A DNA stretch of 64,000 nucleotides from Thermoanaerobaculia bacterium (GTDB lineage: Bacteria > Acidobacteriota > Thermoanaerobaculia > Multivoradales > Multivoraceae), in the NCBI GenBank assembly GCA_965116145.1, contig OZ220482.1, positions 1,800,850 through 1,864,849 on the forward strand, read 5' to 3'. The translations under genes and the position numbers were made by a program. This document shows positions 47,635 to 56,273 of the stretch, piece by piece. The notes beneath the pieces are model-generated. The model saw nothing but the letters and a program-made list of their open reading frames with translations. It searched no databases and had not been told where the DNA came from. Position 1 is the stretch's first letter. Each line of letters starts with the position of its first letter.

Positions 47635-49397
47635 GCCCCGATCAGCCGCGAGTAGTCGAAACCGTCGTCCTCGGAACGGAGCTCCCAGCTCCACCGGGGC
47701 TGGCCATCGCCGTTGTCGAGACCGGGCGGCGTCTCGAGCGGCAAGCGGTCCAGGAACCCGCCCCGTTCGCTACGCTCCGCGTCCCCGGGCACGGCGTCCC
47801 CCAGCACGGCGGCGACCTTCTCCCGGTCCTCGAAGAAGTACTCGGCCAGCAACGGAATGACCCGGTTTCGCATGACCTCGTCCACATCGGCTCGCGACGT
47901 GCACTCCATGAAGTAGGCGTGTCCGATCTGATGTTCGCGGTCGTGGAGATACTCGATCCGCCTGTTCATCGTGCGGAGGATCTCGGGCAGGGGGAGTCCG
48001 CATCTCCCGGCCGCTTCGTCCAGCAGGCCTGGCTCCGGCATCATCTCGCGGAAGGAGAAGCGCCGGCGCAGGGCGGTATCGAGCAAGGCGATCGACCGGT
48101 CCGCCGTGTTCATCGTGCCCAGGATGTGCAGGTTCGAGGGCACACCGAACTCGTCGCGGGAATACGGCAGACGAACCGTGAGCGCGTTCCGCTGACCGAG
48201 ACGCTTGTCCGGTTCGAGCAAAGTGATCAGCTCTCCGAACACCTTCGAGATGTTCGCACGGTTGATCTCGTCGATGATCAGGACGAACTGCTCCGGCGCT
48301 GCCGGACCGTCCGCACTCTCGCCGGTCGACCGGTCCCGGCTCGCCTCGGCGCGCTCAGCGATCAGCCGAAAGATGCCCGGAACGGTCTCCAGCCTGAAGC
48401 CCGTGGACGAAGCGTCCCCGTCGTCGCCCGATCCGGTCGTCGGCTGCCGGCCCTCCACGAACTCCTCGTACGACATCGACTGGTGAAACGTGACGAACTC
48501 GATCCGCCGTGCCGCGACCAGCCGCCGGTAGGTCCGCTCCAGACCCTGCCGATCCTCGGGCACGGCCTCGCCGCAGAGCCGGACCGCCTCCTCGGTCGTG
48601 CGGTACGTCTTGCCGGTGCCCGGCGGTCCATGGAGGATCAGATTCTCGGGGGCTACCGCCATTGGCTTCTCCCGGTTCGTGCCAGCACTTGACGAAGCGT
48701 CCGCCGCGGCCGACGCCGAGTTCCACCTGTCATGGGAGATCCAGAGGAATCCCTGGACGTCGAACCAGTCCTGCGGCTGCCACTGCCATTCGTCGCGCAG
48801 AATGCCGAACAGCTCGGAGAAGACGACAGCGAACCGGCGGTAGTCCGGCGCCATGTCGGAGGCGCCGGGCACGAACAGCTTCTCTCCCGTCAGACGCTCC
48901 CAGGTCTCGTTGATCCAGCCGATCTTGAGGGGAGCCGCCTCGCCAGGACGCACCATGGCCAGCGCCGAGAACAGGATGTTGAGGCGTACGCCATCGCTCA
49001 GGGCCTTCGCGCCCCGTTCCTTCAAGGCCTCGAACGCACGAGAGGCCTGCGCCAGAGCGTCCCCTGCCGGCAGATCCGATCGCACCAGCCGCCCGAGAAC
49101 CGAACGGAACTCACCGAGCAGCTCGGGCTGCTGGCTGGTGATCTTTCCCTCCGTCCGCCAGTGCACCAGGGAACCGTGCTTCTTGAGAATCTCGAAGACC
49201 TCCCTGCCAAGCGTCTCGTCGTCCTGGCCGTCCGCAACCGCCGTCTGCACCTCCCGCGCAGCAGCCACCTTGAACTCCCGCTCACGCGCAACCTGCCCCG
49301 TGCCCGGCTCGGCAAAGCTCCTGAAGTCCGGACGGCCAGCAAGGAACCGATCCCGCAACTCGTCGAGAACCGACCTGTCGACGCGAACTCCTGTCAT
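47631..49397 (-). CDS. mcrB: McrB-like AAA+ GTPase with unrecognised ~250-aa N-terminal domain
   Basis: LILHGPPGTGKTY, LIIDEINRANISKVFGELITLLE and the McrB signature GTMNTADRSIALLDTALRRRF. Confidence 0.85.
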   Translation of the reverse strand: MTGVRVDRSVLDELRDRFLAGRPDFRSFAEPGTGQVAREREFKVAAAREVQTAVADGQDDETLGREVFEILKKHGSLVHWRTEGKITSQQPELLGEFRSVLGRLVRSDLPAGDALAQASRAFEALKERGAKALSDGVRLNILFSALAMVRPGEAAPLKIGWINETWERLTGEKLFVPGASDMAPDYRRFAVVFSELFGILRDEWQWQPQDWFDVQGFLWISHDRWNSASAAADASSSAGTNREKPMAVAPENLILHGPPGTGKTYRTTEEAVRLCGEAVPEDRQGLERTYRRLVAARRIEFVTFHQSMSYEEFVEGRQPTTGSGDDGDASSTGFRLETVPGIFRLIAERAEASRDRSTGESADGPAAPEQFVLIIDEINRANISKVFGELITLLEPDKRLGQRNALTVRLPYSRDEFGVPSNLHILGTMNTADRSIALLDTALRRRFSFREMMPEPGLLDEAAGRCGLPLPEILRTMNRRIEYLHDREHQIGHAYFMECTSRADVDEVMRNRVIPLLAEYFFEDREKVAAVLGDAVPGDAERSERGGFLDRLPLETPPGLDNGDGQPRWSWELRSEDDGFDYSRLIGA

Positions 49398-49433
49398 GGC
49401 CTCGGACTCGGTGCACCGTTCCGGACGAGCTAC

Positions 49434-49591
49434 CAGCCCACGGTGAACGTGAGTGTCGCACCGAGAGCGGCCAGGCGCCCGTCCGGCAGGGCGCGAAGAT
49501 CACTCGCATCGAGAAGACGAGACCGAAGAGCAGCACAGCCAGGCGGGAGGCACGGCTGAAACGAACGTAGCGCGACCCTTGCCACGGGCTG
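49434..49591. repeat. Interspersed palindromic repeat, copy 3 (more diverged)
   Basis: Core GAGTGTCGCACCGAGAGCGGCCAGGCGCCCGTCCGGCAGGGCGCGA. The outer arms CAGCCC...GGGCTG are retained and the rest of the stem is degraded. Confidence 0.7.
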
Positions 49592-49596
49592 CCAGC

Positions 49597-52374
49597 CTAG
49601 AACTCGATCCCCAGGCGGAGTATGACGCGCCGGGGGTACAGGTAGCCGCTCGGGACGTACTGCTCGTCCGGGGCGACGGTCAGTTCCTCCCACCAGTCAT
49701 GCGTGTCTTCGTTGAAGACGTTCAGGAGCTGGACATCGAGCTTGAGCTGGGCCCGGCCGGCGTCGAAGCGGCGGCCCAATGAGACATCAAGGTTGTTCTG
49801 ATCCGGCAGGCGGACGTCGTCGCTGGCGGGAACGGCGATCACTGTCTGGCCGCCCTGTGCGAGAGGAGAAGCGGATTTCTCCAGACCGACGGTCAGTTGG
49901 CGGTTGTACGGTCTGCCGGTCATGAAGCTGTAGGTCGCCGTGCCGACGAGCTTCCAAGGGAGCTCGAAGCTGCCCTGGAACTGGAGCATGTGCTCGCGGT
50001 CGTTCTGCAGGGCCTGGTCGGCGTTGATCCAGTTGTTCGGGTCGCGGCCGTCGGTATCGGTGTAGAACGCGGCGCCCTGGGACTGCAGCAGCGGACGAGG
50101 AATGAAGCCGGACGAGTCGGACCAGGTCCAGGACGACTGGAAGCTCCAGCCATCGCGGTAGCGCCTGTTGAAGGTGAAGACCACACCTTCGTACTGCTGG
50201 TGGTAGCTCCTTCCCGGCGCCGCCGAACCCGGGCCCGGCCCGTTGCCCTTGCGCGTCGTCGGCTGCTCGATGATGCTGATCAACTGTACAGTCTCGCCCG
50301 TGAAGGGATTCGTCCAGGGCACAAGTTCCGTGACCCCGTCGTCCAGGATTTCCCAGCCGATCAGGTTCTTCGTTTCCTTGTACACCCCCTGGATGCCGAA
50401 CGTGTAGTTGTCGCCGAACCGGCGCTCCCAGCCCAGCGTGAACTGGTCGGTCTCCGGCGCCTTCAGATCGGGATGGAACAGGTTGCCGTGGTATTCGAAA
50501 TTGTAGGAGTAGGTCCACGGGCCGTCCAGCGAGGGCCCGGTCTCATAGATGTATTCGGGCGGATCGGGCGGCGGTGCGTACCAGTTGCCGGTCACGTCGG
50601 CGTCGTAGAACCTGCCGTAGAAGGCGCGGAAGACCTGGGTTTCGCCGATCTGCCAGGCCATGCCGACACGGGGCGAGACCAGTGACCAGTCGATCACGTC
50701 CTCGACTCCCGGGATGATCTCCGAGGTCGGACTCCAGTCCTGGTTCAGCTTCGGAAAGTCCGGGATCGAGCCGTTGTGCCGGTCGTAGCGCACTCCGACG
50801 TTCAGCGTCAGATTCGGGCTGACCTGCCAGGAGTCGTCGACGAACGCCGACACCGTCGTCGTGTCGGCGCCGTAGTGGAACGGCCGCGCCGTGACCCGGT
50901 AGTAGTAGGGGTAGCCCGGGGAGTACTCGTAGCGGTAGAAGTAGACGCCGTTCGGACCGCCGCCGGTGCGCGTGTCGCCGGTGCCGGCGCCGTATGAGAT
51001 GCCGAACTTGAGGTCGTGATCGCCTCCCAGCAGGTCGTCGGCGTGGTGCGAGAGCTTGGCGTCCAACTGGTCGCGGCCAAGCGTCCACCGGTACTGGTAG
51101 CCCGGACTGCCGCTGTACTGCGTAGGGCCGCCGTCCGCCGGCGAGCGGTCGGAGTAGGGCGGCGCATCGCTGCCCGTCGCCGAAAGCAGGTTGTCCTTGC
51201 CGGTGTAGCCTGAGTACCCGACCTCCAGGTAGTCGTTCGCTGTCAGGACGGACTGGAACTTGAGCCCCCAGGCCGGATTCGTCCCGAACTGGTTGCCTAC
51301 GGCGTCAGGCGTGGTGTTCGCCGCGGCAAAGACGAAGCTGAAGTCCTCGTAGTGGTACTTCGCCTCCATCAGGTTGCTGTCGTTGAACGCGGCATTGATC
51401 TTCAGGTCGTAGCGGTCGGAGGGGTACGACTCGGGAAAGCTCGGGTCGACGCCCGCTTCGGTGTACGCGTCGCGCGCAAACTGCACCGAGCCGAAGAACC
51501 AGGCCTTGTCGCGCACGAACGGACCGCCGAGGGTTCCCGTGATGTCATCGAACTCGTCGCGATGGAAGGGAATGCCGTCGATGTCGGCGTTCTCCTCTGT
51601 CAGACTGTCCGACTGGTGGTACCAGTCGACCGTGCCGCTGAAGTCGTTCGAGCCGGACTTGGTCACCACGTTGAAGGCCGCTCCGGACATGCTGCCGTAC
51701 TCCGCCGGCGCGCCGAGTCCCAGCACCTGGACCTCCTCGATGATCGCGGCGTTCATCCACCAGTACGAGGTGCCGGTGTCCGACGACGTCGTGTCCAGGC
51801 CGTCGATCCGCCAGGAGTTCGACGCCGTGCTCGAACCGAAGGCGGACATCGCCGTGCTGGCCTCGGAGCCCGCGCTGATGCCGGGCGACACCGCGATCAT
51901 GTCCCAGAAGTTGCGGTCGGTGGGCAGGTCGTCGATGAAGTCCGCCGTGTAGCTGGCGCCCACGCTGGAACTCGTCACGTCGAGGATCGGGGATGCGGTC
52001 ACCGTGACTTCTTCCTCGACCGCCTCGAGGGCGAGCTCGATCTCCAGATTGACCGTGCTGCTGATGCCCACCCGCACCCCTTCGATCCGGTGCTCCCGGA
52101 AACCGTCGAGCGCCGCGGTCACGGTGTAGTCGTCGACCTGAAGCGACGACATGACGAACCGTCCGCCGGCGCCGGTGATCGTGGTCCGCGACACGCCGCG
52201 GTCCTCGATCGTCGCGGTGACCATGACGCCGGGCAGGCCGTCACCGTTCGCATCGCGCACCTCGCCGCGGATGTCGCCCGTGGTCTGCGCGGATACCCCC
52301 CCCCCTCCACCGACAAACGCCGCCGTGGACAGGGCAAACGCCAGGAATCGACCGAGCTTCTCGTGTCTGGACAT
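49597..52374 (-). CDS. TonB-dependent outer-membrane receptor with N-terminal carboxypeptidase-regulatory-like domain
   Basis: Signal peptide ...AFVGGGGGVSAQ. Ig-like domain GEVRDANGDGLPGVMVTA...GGRFVMSSLQVDDYTVTA. Long beta-barrel rich in alternating aromatics. C-terminal ...LRLGIEF with terminal Phe. Confidence 0.85.
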   Translation of the reverse strand: MSRHEKLGRFLAFALSTAAFVGGGGGVSAQTTGDIRGEVRDANGDGLPGVMVTATIEDRGVSRTTITGAGGRFVMSSLQVDDYTVTAALDGFREHRIEGVRVGISSTVNLEIELALEAVEEEVTVTASPILDVTSSSVGASYTADFIDDLPTDRNFWDMIAVSPGISAGSEASTAMSAFGSSTASNSWRIDGLDTTSSDTGTSYWWMNAAIIEEVQVLGLGAPAEYGSMSGAAFNVVTKSGSNDFSGTVDWYHQSDSLTEENADIDGIPFHRDEFDDITGTLGGPFVRDKAWFFGSVQFARDAYTEAGVDPSFPESYPSDRYDLKINAAFNDSNLMEAKYHYEDFSFVFAAANTTPDAVGNQFGTNPAWGLKFQSVLTANDYLEVGYSGYTGKDNLLSATGSDAPPYSDRSPADGGPTQYSGSPGYQYRWTLGRDQLDAKLSHHADDLLGGDHDLKFGISYGAGTGDTRTGGGPNGVYFYRYEYSPGYPYYYRVTARPFHYGADTTTVSAFVDDSWQVSPNLTLNVGVRYDRHNGSIPDFPKLNQDWSPTSEIIPGVEDVIDWSLVSPRVGMAWQIGETQVFRAFYGRFYDADVTGNWYAPPPDPPEYIYETGPSLDGPWTYSYNFEYHGNLFHPDLKAPETDQFTLGWERRFGDNYTFGIQGVYKETKNLIGWEILDDGVTELVPWTNPFTGETVQLISIIEQPTTRKGNGPGPGSAAPGRSYHQQYEGVVFTFNRRYRDGWSFQSSWTWSDSSGFIPRPLLQSQGAAFYTDTDGRDPNNWINADQALQNDREHMLQFQGSFELPWKLVGTATYSFMTGRPYNRQLTVGLEKSASPLAQGGQTVIAVPASDDVRLPDQNNLDVSLGRRFDAGRAQLKLDVQLLNVFNEDTHDWWEELTVAPDEQYVPSGYLYPRRVILRLGIEF
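52296..52305 (-). repeat. Homopolymeric tract: C10 on the + strand, G10 on the coding strand
   Basis: Ten consecutive C at 52296-52305. They lie inside the codons GGA GGG GGG GGG GTA of the receptor signal peptide. Confidence 0.9.
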
Positions 52375-52623
52375 CGTGAATCTCCTTGCCGGGTCTTCAG
52401 CCCCCTCAGGCCTCAGGCTCCCGACTTGTTACTGGGACCGAGCATGGATACTACCCGCAACGGCGCCGACCCCCCACCGCCCGACCCTGGCAGCGCCCGA
52501 ACCCGGAAACACTCCCGGCCGCTGCAACGCCCCGAAGCGCCGCGCGGGGGGCCATATGCGTCGATCAGAGCCCCGACCAGCCGATAGAATGCGTCTTCAC
52601 CGACTACTTGCGCAGGAGCAACG

Positions 52624-52896
52624 ATGACGCGTATCCACTTCGTCGTTTCCGATGCAGAGAAGGCTGGCTACCAGAGTCAGGCGCAACTCGAAGGGAAATC
52701 ACTGGGCGCCTGGATGCGGGAAGCCGCCCGGGAGAAGCTGGCGTCAGCCCGATCCCCCGGCCGTTTCTCTCTTGAAGACCTCGAAGCGTTCAACAAGGAG
52801 TGCGACGCCGCGGAAGCCGGGCGCCGGGAACCGGACTGGCCGGAACAGAAGCGGCTCATCGTCGAGTCGAAGACGCGGGGCCTGACGATCACATGA
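52624..52896 (+). CDS. Ribbon-helix-helix antitoxin (VapB/CopG-like)
   Basis: The N-terminal beta-strand plus helices RIHFVVSDAEKAGYQSQAQLEGKSLGAWMREAAREKL fit an RHH fold. The stop overlaps the ATG of a PIN remnant (ATGA at 52893-52896). Confidence 0.6.
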   Translation: MTRIHFVVSDAEKAGYQSQAQLEGKSLGAWMREAAREKLASARSPGRFSLEDLEAFNKECDAAEAGRREPDWPEQKRLIVESKTRGLTIT

Positions 52897-52954
52897 TCTT
52901 TGTCGATACGAATGTCGTCATGTTCCACGTCGGCGGCGAACACCCGCTCTCCGC
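52893..52954 (+). pseudogene. vapC: 5' remnant (~20 codons) of a PIN-domain toxin gene
   Basis: MIFVDTNVVMFHVGGEHPL is a typical VapC N-terminus containing the first catalytic Asp. Similarity stops where the convergent transporter gene ends (52955). Confidence 0.55.
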
Positions 52955-55297
52955 TCAGAACGGGAAGATCAGCGGCGCCATCCAGACGATCACGCCCAGC
53001 AGCACTACCGTCAGCGGCGTGCCGACCCGCAGGTAGTCCACGCTGCGATAGCCGCCGGCGCCCATCACCAGCAGGTTCGCCTTGTGGCTGAACGGCGTCA
53101 TGAACGCCGCCGATGCCGCAAGCGCGACGCCCATCATCAGCGGATACGGCGACAGGTCGAGACCCGAGGCCGCCTGGAGCACGACCGGCGTCAACAGGAC
53201 CACTGCCGGCGCGCCGTCCAGGCACTGGCTGAGCAGGCTGGAGAGAACGACCAGCGCCGCCAGTACTGCGTACGGTCCGGCCGGACCGGCCAGATCCACC
53301 ACGCTGCTCGCCAGCAGCGCCGCGGTGCCGCTGCTCTCCATCGCCGCCCCCACCGGCAGGATCGCCGCAACCAGGAAGATCGCCCGCCACTCGATCGCCC
53401 GGTAGGCCTCCTCCATGGTCAGCGCGCCGCACAGCACGATCAGGCTCGCGCTCGCGAACGCGGCGACCTGAATGGGGACAGTTCCCGTCACCACCAGAGC
53501 GATCATCAAGGCGAGGCATCCGAGGGCGAACGGCGCCTTCTTCAGGCGGCGCGGCTCCTCCGCCACATCCGACAGGACAACCAGATCCCGTTCCCGGGAG
53601 AGCAGGCCCAGGCGGCCCCGCCGCCCCTGCAGCAGCAGAGCGTCGCCGACCCGCAGCGCGAGCTGGGCCAGGCCGCTGCGAATCGGCTGCCCCTCGCGCC
53701 AGATCGCAAGCACCTGCACTCCGTAGCGATCGCGGAACGCGATCTCCTCGATGCTCTGCCCGGCGAGTGCGGAACGGGGCGCCAGCGTGGCCTCGGCCAT
53801 GCCCACCTCCTCCGACTCGAAGGTCGGCGCGGACACGCCCGCAGTCAGCTCGACGCCGCCCATCCGCAGCAGAGCGCGCAGCCTGCGTTCCCTGCCCTTC
53901 ACGAACAGTTGATCTCCGGCCTCGAAACGCACCTCGGGGCCGGGCGCCCAGAACACCTCGTCGCCCCGCTCGACCGCAACCACGGTCAGCTCCATCAGCC
54001 GACCCATCCACTCGACGCCGGCGCCGCTGGCCAGGAGCGCCGAATTGTCCGGAACGCGAATCACCAGCAGGGGCTGATCCTCGAGACGGTCGAGGGCCGC
54101 GGGGCCGGTCTCTTCGATCTCCAGGACATCGGCGGCAAGATCCGACGCATCGCCGACGAACAGGCCGTAGAGCAGATCATCCTTCTGCAGCGGCAGATCG
54201 CCCAGCCGGTCGACGCGCACTTCCCCGTCGCGCTCCACCGCGATCACGAACACCCGCCAACGCTCACGGAAGCGCGTCGCCGCAAGAGTGTTGCCCACCA
54301 GGGGCGAATCGGCGGTCACCCGCGCCCTGAGCGCGGTCACTCCGGCGTCCGGCGCGCCGATCTCTCCCGTCGTGGCCGTGCCCAACGTCGTGGCCGTGCC
54401 GAGATCGACTCCCTGGAGGCGCAGAATCTGCTGCACTTCCTCGGCGTCGCCCTGAACGACCAGTTCGTCGCCTGCCAGGAGCTGCATCTCGCCGCCGGGC
54501 GCCAGTTGCCAATCCTCGCCGCGGGCAACGCCCAGGAGCTGGACGCCCAGCGTGGTGCCGAGCCGCGTCTCGCGCAACGTCGCACCGTCGAGCTCCGACC
54601 CGGAAGGGATCCGGATCGAGAAGAGACCCTCGTGCAGGCCGTAGAGGTCCGCCAGCTCCGATTCACGGCCGGCGGGCGCGGCCCTGCGTCCCGGCAGCAG
54701 ACGGCGGCCCAACGTCAGCATGAAGATGATGCCGCCGCCGAGCAGCACCAGACCGAAGGGCGTGAAGTCGAACAGATCGAACGGCTCGAGCCCGCGATCC
54801 CGCAGCATCGCCGCCGCGAGGATGTTCGGCGGCGTCCCGACCAGGGTTGCGGTGCCGCCGAGGATGGCTCCGAACGCCAGCGGCAGGAACAGGCGGGACG
54901 GCGGCAGATGCGCACGCCGGCCGAGACTCGCCACCGCCGGCATCAGCACCGCGGTCGCCGCGATGTTGTTCATGAACATCGAGAGCACGCCGGCTACCAG
55001 CATCACGGCGGCCATCAGCGGCGTTTCGCGGCTGCCGACGAAGCGATGAATGGCGCCGCCGATCAGATCCGCCACGCCGGTCTGCATCAATCCCGCGCTG
55101 ACGATGAAGATCGACAGCATCGTGATGACCGCCGACGAGGCGAAGCCTGTGAACGCCTGATCGACGTCAACGTAGCCCGCGAAGATCAGCAGGGTCAGAC
55201 CCAGAAAGGCGGTGAGATCGATCGGCAGCTTCTCGGTGAGAAACAGAACGACCATGGCCGCCAGGACGACCAGCAGGAAGGCGATGTCCAGGGTCAT
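52955..55297 (-). CDS. SLC13/DASS-type permease with internal TrkA-C (RCK_C)-like domains
   Basis: Two polytopic membrane halves (N- and C-terminal) flank a soluble region. That region has four repeated units of the pattern L..GD.L.V.G (LLAGDELVVQGD, LQKDDLLYGL, EAGDQLFVKGRE, RVGDALLLQGRR). Confidence 0.75.
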   Translation of the reverse strand: MTLDIAFLLVVLAAMVVLFLTEKLPIDLTAFLGLTLLIFAGYVDVDQAFTGFASSAVITMLSIFIVSAGLMQTGVADLIGGAIHRFVGSRETPLMAAVMLVAGVLSMFMNNIAATAVLMPAVASLGRRAHLPPSRLFLPLAFGAILGGTATLVGTPPNILAAAMLRDRGLEPFDLFDFTPFGLVLLGGGIIFMLTLGRRLLPGRRAAPAGRESELADLYGLHEGLFSIRIPSGSELDGATLRETRLGTTLGVQLLGVARGEDWQLAPGGEMQLLAGDELVVQGDAEEVQQILRLQGVDLGTATTLGTATTGEIGAPDAGVTALRARVTADSPLVGNTLAATRFRERWRVFVIAVERDGEVRVDRLGDLPLQKDDLLYGLFVGDASDLAADVLEIEETGPAALDRLEDQPLLVIRVPDNSALLASGAGVEWMGRLMELTVVAVERGDEVFWAPGPEVRFEAGDQLFVKGRERRLRALLRMGGVELTAGVSAPTFESEEVGMAEATLAPRSALAGQSIEEIAFRDRYGVQVLAIWREGQPIRSGLAQLALRVGDALLLQGRRGRLGLLSRERDLVVLSDVAEEPRRLKKAPFALGCLALMIALVVTGTVPIQVAAFASASLIVLCGALTMEEAYRAIEWRAIFLVAAILPVGAAMESSGTAALLASSVVDLAGPAGPYAVLAALVVLSSLLSQCLDGAPAVVLLTPVVLQAASGLDLSPYPLMMGVALAASAAFMTPFSHKANLLVMGAGGYRSVDYLRVGTPLTVVLLGVIVWMAPLIFPF

Positions 55298-55339
55298 CGT
55301 GACGGAGATCGGTCGGCCAGCGCCGCGACTCGAAGATGG

Positions 55340-55445
55340 ACCGGATGAACGGTCCGGCCGCCGTCGACGAGCAGAACTCGGCCGGTGACGACCGCTGTCG
55401 TTCCGTCGACTCGGAGGATGCTGTGGGCGACGTTCATCGCGGCGC
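55340..55445 (-). pseudogene. Possible C-terminal relic of a second SDR gene
   Basis: The minus-strand translation NVAHSILRVDGTTAVVTGRVLLVDGGRTV resembles the SDR C-terminal consensus (..A..V.FL.S....Y.TG..L.VDGG.T.). It lies just downstream of the intact SDR and has no N-terminal part. Confidence 0.3.
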
Positions 55446-55483
55446 CGAGTCTACGCGCCCGCACCCCGATCCGGTGGCCCGCT

Positions 55484-56263
55484 TCAGGCCGGCGGATCGA
55501 ACCGGCCGTCGATCGCGGTCCAGCCGCCGTCGACAAACAGGACCGCGCCGGTCATGTAGCTCGACGCCTCGGAGACCAGGAAGGCAGCCGCGTTGCCGAT
55601 CTCGTCCGGGCGGCCCCAGCGGCCCAGGGCCGTCTTGCCGGCGTACGCGCGGTTCCAGGCCCGGTCCTGCTGGATCGGCCGGGTCAGGGGCGTGTCGACG
55701 ACACCCGGCGCCAGCGCGTTGACCCGGACCCCGGCAGACCCGAGTTCCGCGGCAGCAGTGCGCGCGAGCTGGACGATGCCTGCCTTGGTCGCAGCGTAGA
55801 CCCCCTGCCCCGGTTCGACGACCTGGGAACGGATCGAGGAAAGGAGAACGATGCTGCCGCCGCCAGCGGCCGACAGCAAGCCCCCGGCGACCTGAAGCAC
55901 GTACATCGCGCCGCGGAGGTTGAGGCTGACGACCCGGTCGAACTCGTCGGGCTGGTAGTCGAGCAGGCGCTTGCGGACATTGACTCCCGGCGTCGCCACG
56001 ACGCCCCGCAGGCCGCGCAGCGACTCCAGGACCGCCTTCATCGCTTCGGGATCGAGAAGATCGAGCTCGGCCGCCTCCGCCTGGCCGCCAGCCGAGGCGA
56101 TCCGGTCCGCGGTCGCCCGGGCGGCGGCCAGGTTCACGTCGAGGCAGGCGACGTGCGCGCCCAGACCGGCGCAGGCCTCGGCTGCACCCGCACCGATCCC
56201 CGAACCGGCGCCGATGACGGCGACCGTGCGGCCGTCGAGGCAGAAGGGGTTTCGTGACTCCAT
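55484..56263 (-). CDS. Short-chain dehydrogenase/reductase (SDR)
   Basis: Trimmed to the ATG at 56263 (MESRNPF). VIGAGSGIGAG cofactor motif, catalytic YAATKAG and C-terminal YMTGAVLFVDGGWT. Confidence 0.85.
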   Translation of the reverse strand: MESRNPFCLDGRTVAVIGAGSGIGAGAAEACAGLGAHVACLDVNLAAARATADRIASAGGQAEAAELDLLDPEAMKAVLESLRGLRGVVATPGVNVRKRLLDYQPDEFDRVVSLNLRGAMYVLQVAGGLLSAAGGGSIVLLSSIRSQVVEPGQGVYAATKAGIVQLARTAAAELGSAGVRVNALAPGVVDTPLTRPIQQDRAWNRAYAGKTALGRWGRPDEIGNAAAFLVSEASSYMTGAVLFVDGGWTAIDGRFDPPA

Positions 56264-56273
56264 CGCAAGCACC

